A stretch of DNA of 63,976 bases, the filler included, from Dugesia japonica (Eukaryota): NCBI GenBank assembly GCA_001938525.1. It is 7 parts of 7 records of this genome, joined end to end, with 100 filler letters (N's around TTAATTAATTAA, not from the genome) between each part and the next. Parts side by side here need not be neighbours in the genome. Positions count along the whole stretch, not along the records: positions 47,020 to 55,687 come from MQRL01645636.1; positions 55,788 to 63,976 come from MQRL01364631.1; 5 more parts are not named here. The stretch is one strand, 5' to 3'. Each line of letters opens with the position of its first letter. Within the stretch, counting starts at the first letter, position 1. The notes beneath the pieces were generated by a model. The model was given only the letters and a program-made list of their open reading frames with translations. It was not told where the DNA came from and ran no database searches. Position numbers and translations under genes: made by a program. This document shows positions 50,870 through 63,976 of this stretch, piece by piece.

Positions 50870-52520
50870 AATTTTCTAAGCTTTTAAAGCGACGGTACAT
50901 ATTTGTGTATGTATTTGTATGTATTGTATGTATTGTATTGTATTGTATTGTATGTATTTGTGTATATGTATAATCCATAATTGGATTAATTTCGTGGGCG
51001 ACATTATCACATAATGGATTTAGTAGCTCAGAATTTAGGCCTTTTAGGCAGCGAGTAAATATGTGTGCATTACATAATTGTTGCTCGTACTTTTTATGTA
51101 TCTAGTTCAAATTTTTCCGAATTTATTTACTTTTTTTAAATATTTTTTGATTTTCATGGATTTTTGTGGTTAATCGGTGAAATTATGTTATCTTTGATTA
51201 AATTTTTAAATTCCTTAATTTTATAATCAAATTTTTTCGGAAATCGGATGAACAACCCAAATATTTTAAAAATTTTTCAATTTTGAACATATGAATATTT
51301 TTACATCAATCAATGCAAAATTCGATGGAGATCATTTTTCAAAAATAAAAATTTTTCGAAAAAGCTTTTCTTATTTTTACATAAAATAATCATGTCTATT
51401 TGATAGTGAATGTTTCGCTTATCATGATGGTTATAATTAAAATTCGTCAAACTTTATCCTTATTTAAATAAATGAGGTGTTATATTTCAAATTAAAAATT
51501 TTGGCGCTCAGTTTTCTCGGCGTACATAACATGTATGGCTTCAACTTTGGTATCATTAGATTCAGGAGTAAAAGTTAACTGGAAAAAGTTAAAATATCGC
51601 CTGGAAAAAAATCCTTCCTATCGAAGATATACAGCCGTCCTCCCGGATTTGTAAGTTTCCCGAAACAATAAAAGGTTTCTCAAAATTTATCGGAATTGAT
51701 ACCATTTGATAGGAAATTTTACGGTGAGAAAGAATGTGTAAATCTAAAATCGTCAAACCTTATAGATAAAAAGTTATATAGAAAAACGTGTACTTAATTT
51801 GGGAGTCTTTCCCAAGAAACATTAAAAAGTAAAAGTTAATTCACATTTGAACATCAAAGTATCTATTCGATAGAAAACATTTCGCTCATTACGAATAACA
51901 TTGTTAAAAATTGACAAACCTTAACCTTAATAAAATAATTTGATAAAACAAGTACTTATTATAGATTACTCACTGAACAATATCTATATTTAATGTTCAC
52001 AATTCAATAATAATAATAATTATATAAGATAGTTTTTAAAGTAGATTTTAATTTTTTGTATTTTGAAACTGAATTTATTAAAATCTGATTTGCTAAATAT
52101 TTAAATTCAATAATTAAAATAATTTGTGAAATAAATTTTAAAATTAACCGTTTAAAAAACGATTTTTAAAATTTTTTAAAAATTATAATTTGTGTTGAAT
52201 ATAAATTTTTTCGCAATGTATATTAAAATTTTATAATTTTATTGTAATTTGCAAAATTATCAAATTTCTGATTTTCAACAAAATATATTTTTATTGTATT
52301 TTTAAATTTTAACTTATTTATTGAAATTTTAAAATAAACTGAATTAATGTAATATTTTTCAAAAGGATGATATTTTTATTTTTCCTTTCAAATATAAATT
52401 TGTAAATTTGTTTAAAAAACAAATTTACAATCATAGTTTTTGTTTTGTGAATTAATCTTTTTTGGAAGCTAGTTGTGAATTCAATTCTTTAATTAGTTCT
52501 TCAAACTCATCTAACAAATT
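50870..52520. repeat. Non-coding interspersed repeat with GTAT/GTATT microsatellite (Helentron/HINE-like, tentative)
   Basis: Microsatellite at 50895-50970; segment 52225-52515 is homologous to 38347-38613 plus 39383-39412. Confidence 0.35.
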
Positions 52521-54549
52521 AATTAATTATTTTAAGTACAATAAGAATATTCTATAATTTTTTTTACTGTATCAATAACATATTAATACATACGTTTTAA
52601 AAAACATAAACATATACTTTAATTCATTAATTATTATTTCAAATGAGGATGATAGAAAGTCTTACCAAGAAAAATTAATCGACACTAGTATTCAAGTGTG
52701 AAAGCCAACAAATTACTACAAGTATGAGATGATTTTCTTTAGAAGATCAATTCATTACGCTTTTCAAGTACTATTTGATTTGCTAATTACTTTGTTAATA
52801 CTTTTTAATTAGAACCCTGTAACAGTGAAGCCTTGTTTTTATTCGTATCTGAAATCAATGACAATGATCAAAAGACTCTCAATGAACTATTTGTGAGAAT
52901 CGAGAAAAATGTATGAAAATTGAAGGTGCAACATTTATTAAATCAAAGGAATATATTTTTCAAGAAAATAAATAAATGATAACATTTATGGGATAAATGA
53001 AATTGGAAGACATGGTTAAATCAATCTGAAAGATAAAATCTATTCAAAACGTTGAATAAAATTTGCTGAACAAATATTAGTATAATTACTTAGTTTGTCT
53101 TATTAATTTGTATCTTTGTTACGTTAATGTTTATAAATAAAAACACGTATAAATCGATAAAGTTTATTTAAGTCAATCCCAATGTATTCAATGCTCTAGT
53201 GATTGTTCTGTATGACATTTGGTAACTCAAATTATAATATTAAAATAAATTATTAAGTAAACAAAATTACTTAAAGTATTTGGATCTCTTTCCAGTTTGT
53301 TGTTATCTTTTTTTTCATGTTGTTATCTTAATGCAACAAATTTAGTTTAATATTCATTTGAACTTGATTTATTACTTCTAGACTTGAGTAACTTAAATCG
53401 TCATTGAATTATTTTTGGAGATCGTATATTACCAAGCTTTATTCTAGGTTCATTTCAAGATGGAGAATAATAATTTCAATGTTAAATCAATAACTCTATC
53501 GAAAATGGTGAATACAGAGAAACCAATACTCAAGACTTAAGAAATGATGATTAAAGTACATCATATATGCAATCGATAGTTAGAAATATGGGATATCTAA
53601 AAAAAATATGAATTGTGGAATAACACTTGAAAAGTTTAAAACCAAATATCTCGTTTCCATGACGGTTGATCCGTTGAAATATATAGCAATAAAGCTTTTT
53701 TTTTAAATTGGTTTATTTTTTTTATATTTTTTGTATAATATAGCAATAATAATAAAAATTTTGTTTGGAGAGCCACAAAATTCTTGTGAATTATTGATTT
53801 AAAGATTTCTTAACGGATTTTATTATAAATTATAAAATATATTTTGAATAATTAATTTGAAAAATTTCTTTATAGAACTCACTAAATTCAAGGCAAAAAT
53901 TTGGTATCTTCCAACTCATTCATCACTTCAGAAAAACTTTGCATATCAGGTTTATAAATGATGTTATGTTAAATTTACATAAATGGTTTTAATTTTTAGA
54001 ATTCATCTGTACAAAATAATTCTTCAGATCAAGCTTCACATTCGAAATATCCATTCAAGTATATTTCAATGAATTATAAACGTTTTATAATAATAATACT
54101 CTTATTCAACTCATTACATAAACAAAATAAACCTTTTATAATATTATAAAATATAATGAAATAGTTTTAATAATATTTGGGTTCATCTAGGTAACTCAGT
54201 TAATCGCAATGTCTAAGAGAATACCACCTAGTGAGATTTTTAAGTACTTCATCTAAGGAATTAATATATTAATTTTGTGTCATTGTATTCTTAACAAAAT
54301 TAATTAATCAGAGATGCAGCTTCTAACCATAATAACACTATTTTAATTTTTTCATTAAACATTAACCTGTGCCTTTTCGTCTGATCTATTTATTATATTA
54401 AAAGAATACAACTGCCTTTATATGACATTCGTTTTGGAAGTAAATTTATTTATGAATAGCTTAAAACATAATGATCAGAACGTAAATCAATTTTGTCCTT
54501 GAATAAATATAAAATAGTTAGAATGAAAATAGAATACAGCCGGAACAAA

Positions 54550-55687
54550 ATAATGAATGGTTATAATAAAAAGCCACATAACTAAATCAACTAAGAATAA
54601 ATACAAACCAACTGACATTTTAAAATCTATAATAAGAGCCCTAAATGCCAACTTTGGCATACCTCTTTGTTTTTTCCTTCTATTGATATCTGCTTTACAG
54701 CTGATGGCAGTTTATCAATCACTTGCCCAATCCTCTACGGGCAGATCGATAAACCATCATTTTGAATTTAAACGATTTTATTTAAATAACCATTACATAA
54801 AAGTAGAATGTGTTGCATATTACTTCCCTGACAGAATTTATGTCGAATAATTAAAATACAGTTGTTATTCCAATTTGAGATTTCTTCAAAACATATTAGT
54901 TTATGTTTTATTGTAAAAATGAAATATAGCTAAATTTCCCACGATTACTTAAGATCAGGTAAAAATCGATATTTTAAAACCAACCAATTATCACGGTAAT
55001 ATTTTTTTTAATTGGGTTGAGTTGAACAAAAATTTGTGATCCGAGCGGATGATGAATTTTGTCTAATAAGTAATGTTAAAAGTGTTTGGAAATACTAAAT
55101 CTAGTAGCTATTTTAAAAGTGAAATATGGTCAATCACCTATATTCTTCTGATTTTGATTTACTCCAATAGACGATCGCGATGCATCAGTGCATAGTATGA
55201 ATGTCTTTTGTTGATTTGGATTTTCCATTTCTGTCATTCCTGTTAACTTTAGTATCACCTTATGAAAAACATTTTCATGCTTTGTTAACTTTTTAAACGA
55301 TCTCTTGTTATCTAACGTTGAATGCTTATGCAATGGATCAGGAATATCTGTTGATAATCAATTCAGGTATTCAATAACTCGTTTTAAATGTTTTTCATGT
55401 TCTTTGCTTAATTTTGAATTGATCAAAATGTCATCAATATAACTTGAAGATAATGACTGACAGCTATATAGATACTTTTTATGTGTTTTTAAAATGCCTG
55501 ACACATTTTTTAATTCAAATCGCATTATTTTATATTCAAATACAGATTTTATATTTATATTCAAATTATCCATTTTTTTGCCATCTGATTTCTGGATGGA
55601 GATCCGGTGATATGCTTCTACTAGACCATGCGTGGATAAAATATTGCATTCATTGTTTTTGTCTAGCATGCAATTCAATATTAACTT
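54550..55687 (-). mobile_element. Highly degenerate Ty3/gypsy RT-RNase H fragment
   Basis: AYHRISI, FEYKIMRFELKN, YIDDILI...EHEKHLKRV, FILCTDAS. Confidence 0.85.
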
Positions 55688-56417
55688 NNNNNNNNNNNNN
55701 NNNNNNNNNNNNNNNNNNNNNNNNNNNNNNNTTAATTAATTAANNNNNNNNNNNNNNNNNNNNNNNNNNNNNNNNNNNNNNNNNNNNACGTGTATACACG
55801 TCGAACACAGTTAACTGGTTAATGCTTCGCAATTAGGACACAATGTCTTTAAAATATTCCTAAAATCATTTAATACCGAGTTGGGTACATTTTGACGAGG
55901 AGCATCAACATATATCATTATGGCTATGACATTATGATTTTTTCTTTGATTTAATCTTGTCTTTATTGTTGCCCGAAACCTTTTACCTACATCATTATTT
56001 TGTTATAATTTTTTTTGTAATAAAATGAAAACGCTTCTTCAGCAGTCATAAGAATCGCACTTGTTTAACTTAATGTTTCATTAGTCAATTTGATTGGAAG
56101 TAGTATGTTTATTAATTGTGGAAAGAATTCAAAATCTATTACGTTATATATATTAGGTAATTTAGAATAGCATAGATAATATTTTTTACATTAATGCTCT
56201 CTCTCTATCATTATTTCCAGAGAATTATATAAAGTTTTACAATCTAGTATTATATATAATTCACGTTTACATTCTTTTCGACAAATTATTGAAGTATATT
56301 ATTTCTAATTTTTGATTTTCTTAAAAATATTAATAACATAAAACTAAACTTAAAATTTTTGATTTAGTTATTGATTATCAATTTCAGAATCTATATTATT
56401 ATTTTCGCTAAAATCAT

Positions 56418-56870
56418 TCAAATCATCATCTTTCCAATATTATATAGAAAATTTATTATTATCATTTGAATATGGTTTTGTATATACCAAATTATACCAA
56501 AATATATTGTATGATTATAGCAAAACTGTATTTCTGTTGGACCTTCTATTCCAAATTTAACCACTACTATAGCTCCATCACTTGTACATGTTACCATACT
56601 TGATTCCAATTAGACAGCTCTTGAAGGTTTTTTTCAAATCACAACTTCTACATATACGAACAAATACTAACTTATAAAAATTTTTATTAGAAGTAAGAAC
56701 ATTTATATTTAAATAATTTTCCATTTTGAAACTTGTCCATTCATCTATTGTTATTCTAACCTTTCACCATTTTGTTTCATTGAATTTAATTTAGTGATAA
56801 AATCTGCTTTTACAATCTCGTAACGTTTATGAATTGATTTCATAACATCTGATTCATTTTAGGATGTTTA
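56418..56870 (-). mobile_element. hAT transposase fragment
   Basis: CTSDGAIVVVKFG...QFCYNHTIYFGI matches the hAT D-G-A and CxxH motifs. Confidence 0.6.
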
Positions 56871-57574
56871 TACCGAGAAGTAAAACAATAGAAATATGTA
56901 TTTAACAGAATCAAAAACTAAAATATTTTCTTTAATATTTTTTATTAAAATAATTCCAATTTATTCAAGGAAATAAAACAAATAAATTAAAGAAAAACTT
57001 CAAAAATAATTCTCGGACAAGAGAAAATGCAAACTTTTAACAAAAAATATTTGTTTAAATTTAAATTCAAAGAAAGTCTACCTGAGAAATTATACAAAGT
57101 TTTGATTAATTTTAGAAATGAATATCGTTTATTGGTATAAACAAATTGAAAAACACTTAATAAATATGTATAAATAATTTATATCACGGATTACTGAAAA
57201 TTTTTTAAAAATCTAATGATAAAACACGAGTATTTCCACATTTTAATTCAACAATTTTAAAACAATATGTTAAAATAACGTCTCTTGAAGAAAGCAACAA
57301 AAATATTAGTTATTTAAGAACACTTGTACTTGACACAAAATTTAAAAATAGGTAAATACTTAAAAAAATTATCTCAAAAATATTTATTTCCTCTACAATT
57401 TAAATAAAAGAAAACATGTGAAATACCAAATATTTGTAAAATTTAATGTGATTTACATGAAATATAAAATACTTCGTAGATCATTTTAAAATTACCCTAT
57501 GCTTTGTAGAATTCTAATGAATATTTTGTTTTGATATCAACTTTATGATTTTATTTAAATAAACCATTGTTATA

Positions 57575-58229
57575 TAGGGTGTTCCAAAAAAAATTTCGTT
57601 TTTTAAAAGTTAGGAAAAATTAAACTGAACAACAACAACTATATATATTTATAAATGTTTAAATATTTAAATATAATTTCCATTCTTCTTGATTACTTCT
57701 TGCAAATGATTTTTCAAATGATTCAACTCTTTAGGTAACTTAGAACTTGTCATCTTATTTTCCATGAAATTCTGTATATATTCCAAAAGAGAATTATTAT
57801 TAGGAAATCGTTTTTTTCTTCTATCGAATTCGAGATTTCTAAATACGAATCTATTCAATAAATTTATATCAGGTGAGTAAGGTGATTGCTTTAATAATTT
57901 AATTTGATGATCTTTACAAAACTTTTGCGTTACGACAGCCGTATGAGGACGAGCATTATCATGCATCAGCTCCAGACATACAAATAAAAGTCACATTTTC
58001 GGTTGTAACGTTGTTTATTATATTGAATTTGGATGTGATGAGTAAAACAAATATATAATAATAATAAAACAAATATAATAAAACAAATAATATAATAATA
58101 AAACTTTGATATAATAAAACAAATACAGTAAGTTTATTTTCATATTAATTAATTTAAATTGAATTGATAAATGTTTATTTTAAATTGATAATTAAATTTT
58201 CCTAAACGAGATTTCTTTGGAACACCCTA
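57575..58229 (-). mobile_element. Internally deleted Tc1/mariner element
   Basis: TIRs tagggtgttccaaa / tttggaacacccta with TA flanks; ORF 57667-57966 HDNARPH...PYSPDINL. Confidence 0.92.
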
Positions 58230-58649
58230 TAGAAAAATTCAGAAAAGTGAATTTATTTTTTGAAATCTTTCTTGAATGATTCTTTAAATTTTAATATATT
58301 AATTATTATAATATTTGGAAAACTATAACATTAAGTTATTTCATTTATTTTAAACAAATATTTATTTACAATTATCAAAATCTATTGAAGTAATTCAGAA
58401 TTCACAATTGTAAAATAAAATATTCAATGGAAACTAAAATTGTGAAAATAAGAAAAATTGTGTTTAATTATTTTAATATTTTAGAGTATAAAAACGCCAG
58501 TCTTATCAAAAGAATATTACTTATGGGTAAGCAGAAATTGTCATTTGAAAAAGTTTCAATAATGAATTCACGTTTATTCAAGTGACAATTTTTGCACAGA
58601 TTTTATTAAAAATGATTTAAAACGAAACAATTCAGCAAAACGTATATAT

Positions 58650-59300
58650 CAATGATATATGTAGTCACCGTTATTTTAGAACTCCTGCTTTCAACAATGG
58701 AATATATCGTTTGCCTCGAATTCAAATTATTTCCAGGGCCACTGAAGATAAAATGCGTAAGTCAGCGAGCCGCTCTAATTATGCAACTGACTGTAACACT
58801 TCTTTATCGCCGTATACAACATTATTATTTATAGTATTGCTAATTAACAACGTATTATATTCAGTTGTTGACAGTAAAACTAAGCGTTGATCTATTTATT
58901 ACATTCCAACACTTTCCAATGAATAACATTCTTTAAATATCACCAGACACAAACCATGAGCTTCTTTCGATGAAAGTTGGTCTTTTCTGAGAATGTACAG
59001 TTGTACCTTTTCTGTTTAACTCTTTTGTGTGTCATATGACGTAGAAACGTCATTTCTCATCTACAGTAACCACTTTATTCGGCCTATTAAAACAACGCTT
59101 TGTAAACAGTTATGTTATGTAAGAATATATGAGGTGTAGATGATCGAAATCAGTTAGTTGACATCTATATATTAAGTTTGCTAACTTTGCCACATACTCT
59201 CAGTGATGCAAAGGGACTATAGAGTATACATACAACATTTCAATCAGCTCATGTGTGGTCAGGTGTGGATCAGCTATCACACAATATTAATAATAGTCGA
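58650..59300 (-). mobile_element. Degenerate mariner transposase fragment
   Basis: ADPHLTTHEL, VVTVDEK, KLMVCVW. Confidence 0.7.
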
Positions 59301-59639
59301 TGTTAATAAGTGAAAGTTAACCATATAGTAACACAATAGAAGTATCGTAAGAAGCTCAGAAATGATGAAAAATTCAATTAAAAGATAGTATATAAATATA
59401 TATAAATAAAGACAGAATAATCATAAAAAATCCAAACTAATATATAAATTGTTTAGAAAAATAATTTAACTTTTTGTAAAACGAAATGAACAATTTGAGA
59501 ATCATTTGGCTATCTCAAGTTTTGAAGTTTGTATTGATCTCTCAGCTATGCTTAACAATTGTCATTGCTGGCTTTGGAAAAGTATCTATTTTTATTCCGA
59601 CATAAGAATAATAAACCACTATTCGTTGCTTTGCGTAAC

Positions 59640-60045
59640 AAGAAATAACTCAGGTTGTCATGTACTGCCATGTTTTTGACGCTAAGTCGATGTGGTATCT
59701 ATTTTCCACGTCTATTTATTTTTCCAATTGAATGCAAATTATTTACTATGGTTACATGGGTGCAGTTGACCCCTGAGCAAGTTCTCGAGGAGTTTGGTCA
59801 GGATCTGCCTCAATGACTTCCTTCAATTCATTATCATTCACCAGTTGGGGGTGTTGACCATGTTGATCATTTTTCAGGTTTTCATTTCCCTGTTGGAAAT
59901 GTTGAAACCATCTCCCGCATTGACTATGACTAATAACAATATCTCCAAAGACATTGCAAATGGTTCGGTATGATTCCGCGTCAGTATTCATTTGCTTGAA
60001 ATCATACCACATACACGTGCGAATTCGGTACTTTTAGTCATCCAT
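59640..60045 (-). mobile_element. Mariner transposase N-terminal HTH fragment
   Basis: YDFK...RTICNVFGD...RWFQHFQQGNENLKND..G.P...LKEVIEADPDQTPRELA. Confidence 0.88.
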
Positions 60046-60714
60046 ATTTTTCATTTTATTTTTACACTAAAAAATGAATAAAACAAGGATCATAAATCAA
60101 TTAAGACTTCACCAACATCAATTAGAAAATTCGAAATGCACGGTGTTTCTGTTAGATAATTCAATAATTAATACATTTTATTAATACATTTAACATCGTA
60201 ATTATAATCCAAAACTTTGATTAAAAATCTTTCAGTCCGTACTTAATGACTTAATATGAAAGATAAAATATTTTATTTAAAACAAAAATTACTTTGATTT
60301 ATAATAAGAAACAGCAACTTTATAGATTCAGGAAATAAAACTATAGATAAAATATTCAAATATCGAATATTCAATACCATAATGATATTAAATAATAGTC
60401 CTCACTTATATTTAATACTTATTCATCAAATCACAAATTAAAACTTCATTCACACGCGATTGCATGGTGTTGTCCTCATCAATTAAATGTCTCCTTAAAT
60501 CAATGAACCACGGAAAGTTTAATGAAAGTTACATTAAATATTATATACATATTAAATACAACTTTCATTATTTGACAAAATATTTGAAATATAATACAAA
60601 CACAAAACTCAACTACGTCTTAAAAAAATTAACTGATTGTATAATTTAAATAAGACCTCCATTTCTAAATTTATATATTAGCTATTTCTTCTGAATACAA
60701 CTTATAATTTTAAC

Positions 60715-61160
60715 ATATATATGTTTTGACGGATCAACCATCATCATCAGAAAAAAAATGAAAAATATGAGATATTTTAATTAATAATTTAGCCATTTTA
60801 TTTTATTTTTTTTGATTTTTAAAAATTTTTTGACAAATGTTTCTTTTTGATTTCTGAGTTTTAAAATTGTAAAAATAATTTTCAAAAAATTATTATAAAA
60901 AAAGTTTATTAGAATAAAATTATTTATTAGAAAAAATTATTTTAAAAACTTGAAAAGTTAATATTTATGATTATTTTTTTGACAAAAGCTATCTGATATT
61001 CAGTATAATTGCTTGAATCTTTGTTTAATTAACAGACTGAAAAATTTCATATATTTCATTTTTGTCTGATGATGACAGTTGATCTGTCAAAATATAACAC
61101 TAACATTTTATTTAAAATGGCGTTTTTATTTATTTATTTTTTATCAAAAAGTTGCCATCG
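60715..61160. repeat. Inverted pair of Penelope-like pLTR termini with hammerhead-like motifs
   Basis: 60722-60780 is the reverse complement of ~61040-61098; each has CTGATGA-stem-(a)AAA with the GAAA box mutated. Confidence 0.5.
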
Positions 61161-61849
61161 TTTTGGAATATTTATATATGATTAAAATGATTTAATACAT
61201 ATTTAGTTAATTATTGTCAATTGAAATAATAATAATAACAACAATAATAACAACAATAAGTATAATAATAATAATTCAACTATGGTAGGAAAATTAACAG
61301 AAATCATTGTTGAGTAATACAAAATTAAATAGAAAATACATTTTTAACATAATAAGTATTACCCCATTACTCAACAATTTTTCCATTAAATTTTTTTAAA
61401 AAGATTTGATGCGCTTTTATGTTAGCTATGCAGAATTATACTTTTATTATTTTTTCATTAAATCCAATACATATTCTAATTTTCCTTATTGTCATTAATT
61501 CACTGCCATCAGCACATGAAACATTATTACTTTTTTCTTTACTTATTTTAATTAATAATTTAAAAACATTTTTATCAACTACATTTATTTTTGCTCCAAT
61601 ATCAAATTAAGCATTAACTTTTAAATTGTTCACAGTTATTTTTTTTAAATAACCTAACATCAATTTTATAATAATTAATTAAATTTAAATCATGAAATCA
61701 TTATTATTAATTCAACTATTATATAACATACATAATTTACTATTAAATACAATTATCCAAATATTTCATATCGTCCTTTTCACTCTAATACTACTATTAA
61801 AATTATTAATGTAATCATTATCACACATCAAAAATGTCCGCATTACGAA

Positions 61850-62365
61850 AGTTACCTACATTATATTCAGAGCTCTTATCGATTCCCCTTTATTCGGAAC
61901 TTCCACTTTCCCGAAATCTTGTGCTCGTCAGCTTATGAAATTCCATTCTCGAAAAGTGCAGCATATCGGTTGCTATGCTTCTAATATAAATTTGGCAATG
62001 TATGCTTCAACAGAATCTTCTGTAATTTAACAGCGTATAAAAATCATTAAACTAAATGTTTTTCATTCTTATTCCTAATTTTTTTCAAGAGTTTTATCAA
62101 AGTTTTCTCTGGCAACTTTATTAAGATAAGCTCTAATAGCAATGTTTCTTTGAGCACTATTTAGTCTTATCACAGAAAAATAGGACTGCATTTTTCTTGA
62201 AAATTCTTCATCTCCAATTTTATATACTTTTAGTTGTGAAAATATTTGTAATGATTCTTGTGTCAAAATAATGGTCGCCATCTAAGATAAAATATTACAT
62301 AATTTTCTCTTGAATATTGGGTGAATATTCAGTGATTTCGTAATCAATCAACAGACACACCAATT
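61850..62365 (-). mobile_element. Degenerate retrotransposon gag-like fragment
   Basis: IRAYLNKVARENF and EDSVEAYI resemble gag capsid/MHR motifs; stops throughout. Confidence 0.35.
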
Positions 62366-63431
62366 TAATTAACATCAAAATACAAACATGCATATTCAAA
62401 CTCATATTTTAGATAATTATTTACCCTCGTTTCTACAGAATGTCAATTTGGTATGTTTTTTCTTGTTTCAACTTTAAAAATGAACCAGCTAAAAATGTAT
62501 CAAAGATAGTTTGGATAATTAACACATTATCCACAAGAGAGATTGTATAATTTATAAAATATACAAAATGCTAAAATTTTAATAAAATATTAATAGACTA
62601 TATGTTTTGATTTTTGTTATGTTTCCAAAATTTTCCATCTACAAAATTGATTTTATTTTTTTTGTTTAAATAAAAAATGTAAATCAGTTGGAATTTGAAA
62701 TTTTAATAAGAAATTAAAAGAAGTCGTACTTCTAAATAAATTAAGAATTTTCGATACAGATTACACAATTTTTTTTAAAAGTTTTAATCCCAAAAAAAAA
62801 TTGTTTCCATCAATTCTCAATATAAATAAAATAAGAGAAAATTTGAAATTGATTAATTTGAAAATTGAAAAAAACTAACTTTTAGCCATATGTAAAAATT
62901 GTATTTTCATCCCTTTTGTTAAAACAAATACTACAAAAAACACCAGAATATTTTATTTTAGAAATTTCACGAATAAAAAATAAGTAAAATTAGAATAATG
63001 AATCACTGATGGGAAATTGTGGATTTATAAAAATAAAATAAGTTAAATGATGTTATCAGTATTTAAATTATATATTATACGAGTCTCATAAGACCATTAA
63101 ATGATGAATTAGCTGGGAATCACCACAATACAAACTCTTCAGTATTAAACGAGTCTGAATAGAATTAAGCAGGCAGATATTTTGTCAACGGACAAATCTA
63201 TTAATAATTTAGCATATGAAAAATTTTTTAAAATAAATAAAGTTTCCAATTTTCATAACTAGAATGCTAATCAGTAATTACTTTTAGTAATTGAATTAAA
63301 ATTAGACTGTCATATATTTATTGGAAATTAAAATAATTGCGATACTTTAATATTTTTAATTATAATTTTTGTAATTTGATTGTAATTTATTTAATGATTA
63401 AATAAAATTTTAAATAAACTAAATACTAAAC

Positions 63432-63766
63432 CTCTACAGTTTTTAATCTATTATTCGAATAGCAATTATCTATAGAATCGTCTGATTGATATTGATCTTG
63501 CATTTGGAGTCTCATTATTGTGTGAATGAAATGTGTTCTGACACGAATAGGGTTGAATTCCACTCGACCAAGTGGATTACTACATGGATTGGGGCCACAG
63601 CCGCAAGGAAAATTACCACGATCTACTTGACATTGAATTCCATTTTGAGAACAACTACAGGTCTCGGGAACACACTGTCCAGCTACACACTGACAACCAC
63701 ACCGTTCTCGACTGGAACGAATCAGATCACAAATTTCTTTATCAACTGTTTCAATTCTAGATATTC
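63432..63766 (-). CDS. CSRNP: Exon of cysteine/serine-rich nuclear protein (CSRNP/Axud1), not in the ORF track
   Basis: IRSSRERCGCQCVAGQCVPETCSCSQNGIQCQVDRGNFPCGCGPNPCSNPLGRVEFNPIRVRTHFIHTIMRL is the CSRNP signature; ttag acceptor and GT donor. Confidence 0.93.
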
Positions 63767-63976
63767 CTAAATTTCAAAAATGTTAAACAAAAATTATCGA
63801 ATAATTTCAATAAGTGTTATTCACTGAACACATATTTTCAAAACGAATTTACTATAAAATAATTAGATTATACAAATGAAATTTCAAAACTATATATTCT
63901 CGAAAAATTTCTGAATATTTTAGTTAATAAATTACAGTTTGAACATCGTTCAAAAATTGAATATTTACAATAAAAT

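Noticed and set aside
9358-55787. Recurrent palindrome TTAATTAATTAA about every 9-10 kb
   Set aside because: Always embedded in 100-nt N spacers; an artificial six-frame-stop linker. Adjacency across linkers, such as env contig versus pol contig, has no biological meaning.
63486-63770. Plus-strand ORFs 63486-63770 and 63572-63760
   Set aside because: Shadows of the minus-strand CSRNP exon.

Overview
AT-rich invertebrate (metazoan) genomic DNA with short introns of about 45 nt. The window is not contiguous: it is seven contigs of about 8-10 kb joined by artificial N-TTAATTAATTAA-N linkers. Host genes appear as exons or small genes: astacin, brakeless/ZNF608-609, sphingosine kinase, CSRNP/Axud1 and an HSP70 pseudogene. 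They sit among many decayed transposons (mariner, hAT, piggyBac, NeSL/Utopia-like LINE, Penelope-like termini with hammerhead motifs, probable Maverick/Polinton termini). The main interest is two contigs of complex, cargo-carrying LTR retroelements. (1) Contig 9458-18347 has a tRNA-Trp PBS and gag, then a polyprotein module present in three divergent copies. In the fullest copy, a ubiquitin-like domain, acidic linker and AT-hook precede a Bcl-2-like domain. In two copies the Bcl-2-like domain is followed in frame by an internal signal peptide and a chuvirus/herpes-gB-like class III envelope glycoprotein. LYP-to-GW spacing is 333, 333 and 332 nt in the three copies. (2) Contig 28329-38246 has a Ty3/gypsy pol. 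Between its integrase and the PPT/3' LTR lie a secreted FN3/mucin-like ORF, a degenerate REX4/ISG20-like DEDDh exonuclease, an acidic ORF and an intronless RNF10/Mag2-like RING E3 ligase. All domain calls come from motif recognition by eye, not database searches, and all copies carry stops or frameshifts.
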